Source of the DNA: a plasmid
Sequence record: NZ_CP118109.1
Length of the DNA stretch: 64,000 nt
Reading direction: 5' to 3' (one strand)
A model generated the notes under the pieces. That model saw only the letters and a program-made list of their open reading frames with translations, did not search any database and had not been told where the DNA came from. The translations under genes and the position numbers were made by a program. Below are positions 1 through 9,200 of this stretch, piece after piece. Numbering within the stretch: the first letter of the stretch is position 1; the number at the start of each line of letters is the position of its first letter.

Positions 1-3000
1 TCCAGGATCGTTAGGCTCTACTCTGAATCCGGAATCTGACTTATCAAACTCTGGATTTTCAACACCTGCCAATCTACGGATAAGACCAAGCCCAGCATTA
101 GAACTCCCACCTTCATCATTGATCGCATCAACGATGCCGCTAACACCAACACGCTCTACACTAACACCGGCGCTTGTGCCGAATTTCTTATATGGGCTGC
201 TTAATCCTCCATCTTGACCATGAATCTTTTGTAACTCTCGGATCGCGGCCTCATGTCCTGTTGATTGGCTTTCGCTATCAAGGAAGAACTGCCTGTCGAA
301 CTCATAGACCTTTTTCCAATCAGAGTCCGTTCTCGCGCGATACAAGGTATTAATAAAATCCATTGCGCTGTCTATCTCTTCCGCACCGTGCTTAGATGAA
401 ATCAGCTTCTGCTCTAAATCCTGACCGAAGTCATAGATTGCTTGCCGTGCAGCTTCATTATGACCAAGGTAAGTCTTAGCTTGCTGACGCATAGCGTAGT
501 TAAGGTTGGACGCATGACCGATAACCATCTTACCTGATTTCGCCGTAAGCTCGGAACGATCATTCGCCGCAAATTGAGTAAACTCGTCTTCGCTGCTTAG
601 ATTCGGAAGTTCAAAACTTCGAGCCCCTTCATCGCCAGAGAATTTATTGATCAGCTTATCCATTCTTTCTGTACGCTGTTGTTGCTGCTCATTGTAGATC
701 CTGCCCCACTCAGCTTGAATCTTTTCGTCGCTCAGTGCTACGATATTATCGTAGTCACCGTCTGAGTCGGCTTTCATTAGGGATGCCGTCAATGCGGTTA
801 CGTGAAACTCTCCTGGTTTTATATTCTCGTCCATCATGAGTCGAGTGATCTGCATTGCATTATCATGGAACGTAGGGTAGCGAACATTCATTGTATAGAA
901 GGGCTTATCTGGATCGCTCAATTTTTCATAAATCCCCATCTTCTTTGCATCTTCTGGAGAGATGTATGTTCTCTCGCCATCCATAGCATCCGAAGTCCTT
1001 GGGTCGATCAGTTTAAAGATACCGGTACCGGACTCATTCATATTGGTTTTGAATACGCTGCTGTACGTCTGACCTTTAGAAGAAGTTACGTCTTTAACCA
1101 GTTGATTAACGTAGCCATCAATGGATCTTTGCAGGGATTCATGAGCTTCTACAGCTTCCTTGTAATTTGTAACCCCATCGTTCTTGCCGATCCTTGCAGC
1201 ACGCTCATAGATTTTGGCGATATTCTTTTGAAGCTCTCTGAAATGGATATCTCCGCCTTTTCCTTCTTGAGCTGTAAACGGAATAAAGATCTTATCTATG
1301 GCCTTCCTTCTTTCAGAGTCGGCGCCTCTTCCCACAACTTTGTCAACGTAGGTATATTCCAAATCACCAACCTTCGGGAGCTCTAACCAATAACCTTCTC
1401 CGTTCATCCCTTCTCCAAGCATTTGGGATACATGGGATCGATCAAATATGGTTCCCATAAGCGAATGCTCATTCTTGCCATACTTGCTGGTAGGAAGGTT
1501 TTTGAAATCATTAACAGACAGCGTAGGACCTTCAACGGACTCCGGATTTGCAATAGCTCCAAGGGCTGTTATCATATTTCTGGATTCCTGGGCACGATAG
1601 TTTGCTTGATTTGTCTCGAGCATCCGATTATACATGTGCTCTTTTGTAGCTTCCGCACCCATGTTGTCCAGAACTCCGTACTCACGATGTCCCCATGTAA
1701 CACCTTTTATGGCGTTTTCTCCACCTGCATAGATTGGATCGTCACCTCTAAACTCGATAACAACTCTACCTGTCTTATCAGTCATTCGAGAATAATTCTC
1801 CACTTGCGAAGCCCTAACTTCCTGAATCGCAGTCGTTAAGCCTGTGCTAGTCTTGTTATTCAAATTAATATCTGGGTGAGCGAAGAGCTGATCAAATGCG
1901 TCTGTTTTGATGCCCGCATTTGAATTAACTAGGAAACGATCCTCATTCCAGTTTAATCCGATGCCAGATTCCTCGACAGCTCTGATTGCGCGTTGCTGCT
2001 GCTCGGGAGACATCCCTTGAATATGATCAGCCAGTAGTTTGGCTTGACCTGTCATCATGGCTCCAAAGTCTTTATGCTTTCCTACATCAGGATTGTAGAT
2101 GGCTGTGATGTCATCTGATCCTGTAAGATATCTCATTAGCTCTCTTGAGACTGTAGTGTCAGTTGTTTTTTCTCCTTCAATCATGAATTTGAACGGCTGA
2201 TCTTCAGTATGAATCCCGATTCTGTTCTCATCATAATCCGTGAAAATGGTTCCTGTTTTATTTCCGTCATAGAATACTTTCTCTTCAACGCCAGACACCG
2301 TTCTTACTCCGAGCAGATCCCCTGGATTTACCGTTGTCCTTAGATGCCCATCTTCGTAGAAGGCACTATTCCAAGTAAAGGAGTCACCCTTGTCGATAAA
2401 GGTGTGATTATCTACTTTATAAGCATCCATGATTTCTTTAGTAAAGATAGCCTGCTGTTCGTACAATCTAGCTTTTGCCATGGAGTCAGATAGCTGTTTT
2501 TTAATACTCTGACTTACACTACTATCGGCAAGAAGCTGCTGAACACGATCGTCGAGCTGAGCCTGTGACATGTAGGCGACTTTCATATTAACGCCGCGCT
2601 GTGCAGGATTGGCTTTATTTCGCTCTTCCATAGCTGCCGTTGTAACAAGACTATCGAAGTATGAAGGCTTTATTCCGGCTTCAAGAAGCCCCTGCCTAGT
2701 CTTCTCATTAACGTTGTAGCTGTTGAACCACTGGACAGCATTATCACGACCGTTAAAGCTGTACGCACCAAGTGGATGATAATCCTGAATGTTCTTGAAA
2801 GACCATATTCCTCTGGAAACATTTTCGGATTTAACGCTGCCAGCATAAAGATTCAGTTCTTTGCTTGCCGCCCAATCATCAACTTCCTTAATCATTTCAT
2901 AAGCTTTGTTAGGAGAGAGATCATCAAAAGTTGCATGCCGTATATTGCTGCCACGCTGTAGGGCTCTTCCTAGCCAATCTTCCCGTATATCTCTATCAAG

Positions 3001-6000
3001 GTTTATGCGCCCCTGCTCATGCCATTCCTGAATCATAGCCGGAGCTATGCTTACGTGAGATTGCTTTAGGAAGTCAGAGTCATTGTTTGCCCAGTAATAT
3101 CCATCGTTTTGAGATAAAACATTTCGCTTGATTCCAGACAAGGTTTCGATCTCATTTCGCAAAGCCCTCTTGCTCATTAAGTCCGCTTCCTCATACTCAT
3201 CGTTCCTAATGGCATTTAAGATATTGCGCATTTCAAAGGAGTCCGTATATCCTCTAGCGATCATTTCCGCAGAAGAAATAGTTTTAGTATCTCCCCCTTC
3301 GTTGACTAGAAAAGATCGAGCGTTGAGTACTTGGTTTCCGATAACATGTGTTCCATTCTGTTGAATCAGCGGAACGATGATTTCGGATGCTTTGCTGTGC
3401 GACTCACCTGCAAGGAATTTCTCCATGACACTCGCACTGTTTTCACTCTTAAAGATCTGAATCCGCGCTTGAGTTCCTTCTTCATTCACCGAAAGATTGT
3501 ATTGAAGCCCATGCATCCCCATTTTGTCAGCAGTCGTTCTGTATGTTTCCAGAATGTGATTAACAGCCGAAGAGTTGTTGCTTCTCAATCCGGATGCATG
3601 TTCTACACCATCAAGCCGTGAAAAGATATCAACCGCACTTTCATCCATTTTTACCCGCTGATTAGCAATCCCTTGCTGTAAAATAAAGCCTTGAACTCCG
3701 TTAGTCTTCTTGATAGCAGACTGAATCATTTGCTGGTTAACAGCTTCGCTCACTTGCTGCATTTCAGCTCTGCGCCCTACGGATTTAATTTTAAGATTCT
3801 GCTGCATGATATCATGGTTGTCCATCAAGTCTTGAACCATCATACTGATGCTGTCATTAATGGCGAAGCTTCGATTAAATTCGTGGAACTTGTTTGCCAC
3901 TTTCCTATTGATTACGTTGCTCTCTTGAAGTGAAGTAATCAGGTTCCCGAGCCGTTCTTTCCTGAGATCAACGCCGTCATCCGGACTTCCGATCTGACGA
4001 TAAATTGCGTTGCGGGCAGTGGCCATCGTTTCGAAGTTTAGATATCTCTGCTCTTTTCTGGCAGTGCTTCGATCGAAATAGTGTATGCCTCTTTGCTCAA
4101 ATGGCTGTGTTGGGCGTTCAGTTGTATCTCCTCCAATTGTGCCATTCACTTCTTGATTGTAGAGCCTCCAGGCAATATCACGCTGCTGCCTAGTCCGTCT
4201 TGCTTCCATATCGCTCATATCTGGATTGATCGGAAATTGTTCTTCGATAGCTTCAATCGCTTTACTGTAATGAGGAAGCTCATCTACAAGTCGTGGCGCC
4301 ATTCGGAAGAATAGGCGCTGCTCTGTCTCGTTTAACCTACCTCCTGGTAAGCTATTGAAATTCATGCGCTCCATCATCTCTTCATGAGTGATTCGGTTAT
4401 CCATCAAACGTTTGCGAGCTTCTTCAGGATCGTCTTCAATGTGATCTATCACATTTTGGATATGTCCACCCTTTCCTTCTAAGCGCTCACGGTAAACTGC
4501 AGCGTTACTATACATACGCTTGGCTGCTTCAAAGCCTCGAGTGGTTGAGTTTCCACCAGCACCCGAAAGAGAGGTTAGGCTTTCATATCTTCGTCTGGCC
4601 AAGTCTCTTTCTTTCTGGATGCGAATTTCCCGCTGCATGTCTTTTGAAAGACCGTTCCAGTAATAGAATTTTTGCTGGACAAAATTTTCGATTTGCTGAA
4701 TTGCATCATCACCTTCACGAATGATGAATGAATTTGCCTTTGTATCTGGATTGTATAAATCCAGCGCTAATCGATTTGTCTTTAAAGTTCCATCCTCATT
4801 ATAGTCTGAGATATTTCGTAAACCCTGTACCTCGTAGAAAGACTTGCTGTTGACAGCCATACGATTAAAATCCGGTTCATCTGCTACAAACGATCCGTCT
4901 TCTGATCTTGCTTGAAAATCAAACTCCCCATTCCCGTAAGCCATTGCTCCGCCAATTGAAAATAGGCGATCTCCTTTTCTAAGCTGCCGATCACTCCAGC
5001 TTAACTGTGTAGGATGATAATTGAATCCAAAGGTGTCGATCCCAGGAAGTGATTTTGCATCCTCAATTGTTTGACTGACACCATTAAACATTCTGGAGAA
5101 AACTCCACCCAAGCCCTCTTCACCAATATCATGCGCCGCATTATGGGCCGCACCCTGATCAAAGCCAAAAGTTCTGCGCAGCTCCTGCAGCGTACCTAGA
5201 CCTCCCATTGCCGGTTTAGATTCGAATGATCTGCCAAAGCTTGTGTGCAGTCCCTTCATATTTGGATAAGATGATTGGATAACTCTCAAGAAGTCGATAT
5301 GCTTCTTCGGCCCCAAAATAGGCTCACCTATCTTTTTACTCCATTGCTCCAATGCTGGTATATCAAAATTAGTACCATTGTGAGATAAGAAGTACTTGTA
5401 GCGATTATCATGAAGGAATTTGTTATAGCGATTAATAACCCCCAGATGATCCTTTTCTCCATTCGCCTGCAGATCATTAAACCCTTGATTAATATGACGA
5501 AGATAAAATTCAAAATTCTGAATAAACTTCAAATCATCAATTGTTCCATCTGTGCGTAGAATCTGATTCACGACTTGGTTATGGCTGATATTTGTTACTC
5601 CTCGGTTTGTTTGCAGGATAGCACCTGAAACGCCGCCTTCGTTTGAGGTAGAGTAACGCATTAAGTCGATGACCGAACGCTGCTCAGAAGAGGTTAATTT
5701 CCGGAAGCTGTATGGATCTGTTTTGATCTTTTTTATCAGGCCTTTCATTTCTGTTGCTGACTTATTATCTAGGGCAAGCAGTGCATTAAATACACTCTTT
5801 GAACTAGCTTTATAGGTGCCACCTGCCTGTCTGCTAAAGCTTTGCGCTGCAATCTCAGTCACCCCGAATCCTGATCCATCGTTTTTAGATCGATCTCCCA
5901 TGGTCTCAATATCGAAAGCAACATAGGAATTGTGTCTACTGCTTGGATTCTTAGCCCTTTGGACGAACTCTTGGAATACATCAATGGCGCTTCTTGCCTG

Positions 6001-6246
6001 ATTATTGTTAGCTGTGTAAAGCTCAGGCATGACTTTGTAGCGTCCTTGTCCAATGATTGATTTTGCTGACAGCTGTGAATTATTAATCTTCTCCACCAGC
6101 TCGTTTACTTTCCCTTGTCGGCTATCTCTTTTTGCGTAATTTGGACTTGTAACAGGATTAAATGCGGTAACTGGCACCCAGGTTCCGCGGCTGTTTGGAG
6201 CAACCGCTTGGAACCCTTCTGCCATTAGAATTTCCTCAATCCCCAT
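1..6246 (-). CDS. Giant ORF (>=2082 aa, runs off window edge; start ATG 6246..6244 with RBS AAGGAAGTGAG). N-terminal DnaQ-like DEDDh 3'-5' exonuclease domain. C-terminal region has a beta-prime-like double-psi beta-barrel with RYPTFH and ADSDGDYD motifs: candidate virion-type single-chain two-barrel RNA polymerase
   Basis: Manually translated in frame over the whole 6.2 kb with no stops. Exo I AFDIETMG (~5896-5919), Exo II SHNGTNFDIPAL (~5362-5382), Exo III HNAAHD (5128-5145). RYPTFH at 865-882 and DSDGD at 754-768. The ~150 aa around the barrel align with the 51360..54992 protein (FKLIDP../FMVQDP.., RYPTFH/RNPAIA, ADSDGDY/ADNDGDE, IGHASNLNYAMRQQAKTY/IGQLTNIATRLADAVRKV). Confidence 0.6.
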   Translation of the reverse strand, partial: MGIEEILMAEGFQAVAPNSRGTWVPVTAFNPVTSPNYAKRDSRQGKVNELVEKINNSQLSAKSIIGQGRYKVMPELYTANNNQARSAIDVFQEFVQRAKNPSSRHNSYVAFDIETMGDRSKNDGSGFGVTEIAAQSFSRQAGGTYKASSKSVFNALLALDNKSATEMKGLIKKIKTDPYSFRKLTSSEQRSVIDLMRYSTSNEGGVSGAILQTNRGVTNISHNQVVNQILRTDGTIDDLKFIQNFEFYLRHINQGFNDLQANGEKDHLGVINRYNKFLHDNRYKYFLSHNGTNFDIPALEQWSKKIGEPILGPKKHIDFLRVIQSSYPNMKGLHTSFGRSFESKPAMGGLGTLQELRRTFGFDQGAAHNAAHDIGEEGLGGVFSRMFNGVSQTIEDAKSLPGIDTFGFNYHPTQLSWSDRQLRKGDRLFSIGGAMAYGNGEFDFQARSEDGSFVADEPDFNRMAVNSKSFYEVQGLRNISDYNEDGTLKTNRLALDLYNPDTKANSFIIREGDDAIQQIENFVQQKFYYWNGLSKDMQREIRIQKERDLARRRYESLTSLSGAGGNSTTRGFEAAKRMYSNAAVYRERLEGKGGHIQNVIDHIEDDPEEARKRLMDNRITHEEMMERMNFNSLPGGRLNETEQRLFFRMAPRLVDELPHYSKAIEAIEEQFPINPDMSDMEARRTRQQRDIAWRLYNQEVNGTIGGDTTERPTQPFEQRGIHYFDRSTARKEQRYLNFETMATARNAIYRQIGSPDDGVDLRKERLGNLITSLQESNVINRKVANKFHEFNRSFAINDSISMMVQDLMDNHDIMQQNLKIKSVGRRAEMQQVSEAVNQQMIQSAIKKTNGVQGFILQQGIANQRVKMDESAVDIFSRLDGVEHASGLRSNNSSAVNHILETYRTTADKMGMHGLQYNLSVNEEGTQARIQIFKSENSASVMEKFLAGESHSKASEIIVPLIQQNGTHVIGNQVLNARSFLVNEGGDTKTISSAEMIARGYTDSFEMRNILNAIRNDEYEEADLMSKRALRNEIETLSGIKRNVLSQNDGYYWANNDSDFLKQSHVSIAPAMIQEWHEQGRINLDRDIREDWLGRALQRGSNIRHATFDDLSPNKAYEMIKEVDDWAASKELNLYAGSVKSENVSRGIWSFKNIQDYHPLGAYSFNGRDNAVQWFNSYNVNEKTRQGLLEAGIKPSYFDSLVTTAAMEERNKANPAQRGVNMKVAYMSQAQLDDRVQQLLADSSVSQSIKKQLSDSMAKARLYEQQAIFTKEIMDAYKVDNHTFIDKGDSFTWNSAFYEDGHLRTTVNPGDLLGVRTVSGVEEKVFYDGNKTGTIFTDYDENRIGIHTEDQPFKFMIEGEKTTDTTVSRELMRYLTGSDDITAIYNPDVGKHKDFGAMMTGQAKLLADHIQGMSPEQQQRAIRAVEESGIGLNWNEDRFLVNSNAGIKTDAFDQLFAHPDINLNNKTSTGLTTAIQEVRASQVENYSRMTDKTGRVVIEFRGDDPIYAGGENAIKGVTWGHREYGVLDNMGAEATKEHMYNRMLETNQANYRAQESRNMITALGAIANPESVEGPTLSVNDFKNLPTSKYGKNEHSLMGTIFDRSHVSQMLGEGMNGEGYWLELPKVGDLEYTYVDKVVGRGADSERRKAIDKIFIPFTAQEGKGGDIHFRELQKNIAKIYERAARIGKNDGVTNYKEAVEAHESLQRSIDGYVNQLVKDVTSSKGQTYSSVFKTNMNESGTGIFKLIDPRTSDAMDGERTYISPEDAKKMGIYEKLSDPDKPFYTMNVRYPTFHDNAMQITRLMMDENIKPGEFHVTALTASLMKADSDGDYDNIVALSDEKIQAEWGRIYNEQQQQRTERMDKLINKFSGDEGARSFELPNLSSEDEFTQFAANDRSELTAKSGKMVIGHASNLNYAMRQQAKTYLGHNEAARQAIYDFGQDLEQKLISSKHGAEEIDSAMDFINTLYRARTDSDWKKVYEFDRQFFLDSESQSTGHEAAIRELQKIHGQDGGLSSPYKKFGTSAGVSVERVGVSGIVDAINDEGGSSNAGLGLIRRLAGVENPEFDKSDSGFRVEPNDPG

Positions 6247-6258
6247 GAACTCACTTCC

Positions 6259-9200
6259 TTACATCAGAGAATCCATATTCTCTTTGAAATAGTTATCAAT
6301 CTCGTGACTTCGATCTTCCTCGTACCTAAAGTTCACACTGGTTTCATTTCCTCCATTAGGAGCTATGCGAATATCCACATCCGTGAGTCCCTGCCCTTCC
6401 AATACAGCTCGAATGTTATCCTGCATTTCTTGATAGCCTGAGAATTGAGGCCCGTTCAGATAAACGTCGTTGCCTTCAGGTGAGATGTCAGGCAGATAAC
6501 TGGATGAGACAACATCATCTGTCCAGAAATTGAAATCACTCATATCCAATCCGGCTTCTTGAACTGCCTTCACTTTCATATCATCAAGGTCGACTTTTGG
6601 ATTCCATCCGATCCAGCCGGGGTCAGGCAGGACGAACTTGGAGAACACTTCCTCCAAGGGAGCAGGACCTTCATTTTCCATTCCCCATAATGCTTTATAG
6701 ATGCGCCGTTGGTTTTCTGGAATGACTTCTAGGATTCGCTGTCGGTCCTTTTCAGGAGCTTCAACAAAATCATCAAAGAACCATTTATCCTTGTATGGGA
6801 ATGCACTAGCCAGCTTCATTCGATCGCCATATGGGTCAGCACCGTAGACTGTGCGCTCATACATATCTTTGTAATGCATGGCCATAAGCACTTCTTGCGG
6901 CAGTTGCACTTCGTTGAATCCTTGACCCATTAACTCGATCTCTTTATTGATAGCTTTTCGCTGATCTTCCCATCCTTCAGGCTGATCAATGAATAGTCTG
7001 ATCTTCTGATCTTCCAAATCACGCTTTCGCTGCTTATTCATTTCCTGTCGAGCTTCTTCGCTCCCAAGAATAGCATCAACATCATAACCAGCTTCAGCGG
7101 CATCAACCTTGGCTTGCTCATATAAGCCACGAAACTTCATGTATTTAAGGACATCGAAGTATTCGTTAATATCATTCTCTATTCGTCTACGCTCAGGAAT
7201 CCATGCTTCGCCTGTTTCTTTCTCGTAATTCTGTCTATAAAGATTGCCGATTCCAGCTCCCAAGGCTCCAACAATACCACTGCGCAGAATATTCTTCTTA
7301 CTTGCTCCAAAGATATTTAAGAATCCGCCAACAGCTGCGCCAGCAATTGCTCCACGCATCATCGACTCATCCAGATCATGACGGATGATAGATTGGAATC
7401 CAGGGATGAGATAATCATCAATCAAGAAGTTTTCCCATGTTGCCCAGTCCTTACCGTAGACCTGATCCCTCTCATACTCCTCAAGAGCTGTACGCACCTG
7501 CAGGAACTTCGTATTCAGTGGCGACTCATAGTGAGCAATCCGCTCCCATCGTGCGCCCTTGCTAATCTCAGAATCTGAGAATCTTGAGAATACACCTGCT
7601 GCTGAGAAATCAGTTAGATTCTCTTTCATAAGTCCGCGAGCAAGAATGTCACGGTTGATATTTCCGATGTCTTCGTTATAAACGACAACCCGTGCTGTCT
7701 TGTACGTATCATTCGAAATCTGCTTACTCTCATCGCCATTGAGACCGATGGTGACTTGATCGCCAATACCCAAATACGATCGAAGAACGCCTTCTGCTTT
7801 CCCTCTTAAATCGACACCGGCTAGTCTAAAGACTTGATCGCCAAACTCTTCTGTTACAAAGCTGTAGTCGTCCAAGAATTTACGCACTGTAGCCTGTTGA
7901 TATTCAAGTTCAGCGCCCTCAAAGCGATAAGGAGTAAATTCATACTTCTGCTTTCTTTGAGCCACCTGGCGCTTAATTTCAGCCGCTTGTTTTCTCAGCT
8001 CGGCGTCCGTGCTCGTCTCCACGACATAATCACGCCAGAATTTGTATTCGTCACTCCAAGGCGCTACATCAGCCAGTATCTTAAATTTATCGAAGGCACC
8101 GTAAGCACCTGTCTCATCGGGATGAAGTTGATTGAGCTTTTCATATGTTTCTCCCGGTAGTCGGTATTCACCATTCTCTATTTTCTGATAGGGATCGCCG
8201 CTTTGGAAGTCAATGAAATAGTCTGAACCAGGCAGCCAATCTGGCATGGTGTTTCGGATTGGATTAAACTTATCCAACTGTCCATCATCACGCCGTATGA
8301 ACCGGCGCCCAATCTCGGAGAGCTGTCCTCCAAGAGAACCTGCATTCAGGGACTGGAAAGCATTCGATAGATTGTAAGCTGCATCAGCTTTCTCAATAAC
8401 TGTCTTACCTTCATAAGGATTGTATCCGAAGACTTCATCTTGCAGAATCCATTTGTATACCCCTAGAGGTTCTGACCAGTTTTCCCATGCTTCCTGCATA
8501 AGCCATCCGGCCTGTGTTGGATCTTGAAGGTCTTCTAGCTTCCGGTTCTCAAGCTCTTGCTTGTAGGCGAATCCGTCATCAAACATGGCACGAGGTTTCG
8601 TTTTAATCAGAGTATCATCGTCCGTCTTCTCAGCAATATTGAATAACTCTTCGATGGTGTAGTCTTTATTGGCCACATTTGCTGGCACGTAGATGGCTTG
8701 CCCTGTATTGACCTCTTGAGCAACATAAGCCCCTGTTTGATTCCCCTCAGCATCCTTCTGGTGAATCTGGATATAGCGAGGCGCCGAAGTATCAGCATCC
8801 CTTGTATATTGATTAGCACCATAGTCTTCAGAGTCTGCGTATACAACATTCTCCGTTCGACCGCCTGGAGAGAACCGCGTCACGATTGGCGAGTTAGGAC
8901 GATTACCAAATTCCGATGTCTGCTCCTGCATTAAGATAGGATCGCCCCAGTATTCGGGATGCATCTTCTCAGTCGGTTTAATAAGCTGACCAATCGTGGC
9001 ATTTCCGATATCTCCAAAGAAAGGTGTATTCGGGTTGAATAGTGATCCAGTAATCAGATAAGGACGATCATAGAAATGTTTCCTTTCCCAGTAGTACGGA
9101 TCCTTCATCCCGAAGGCGTAAGCCAATCCCCCTAATGGATTTCGGAAGGTTGGCAGCATATTAGCTTCTGACCATCGCTCCTCATTGGTTAGGTCTGTGT

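Noticed and set aside
802-4314. Plus-strand track ORFs (802..1386, 1423..1839, 2776..2961, 3128..3621, 3691..3933, 4005..4314) in the first 6 kb
   Set aside because: They lie antisense to the single uninterrupted minus-strand giant ORF, and have low-complexity composition and no RBS. The minus frame translates cleanly with recognisable domains.
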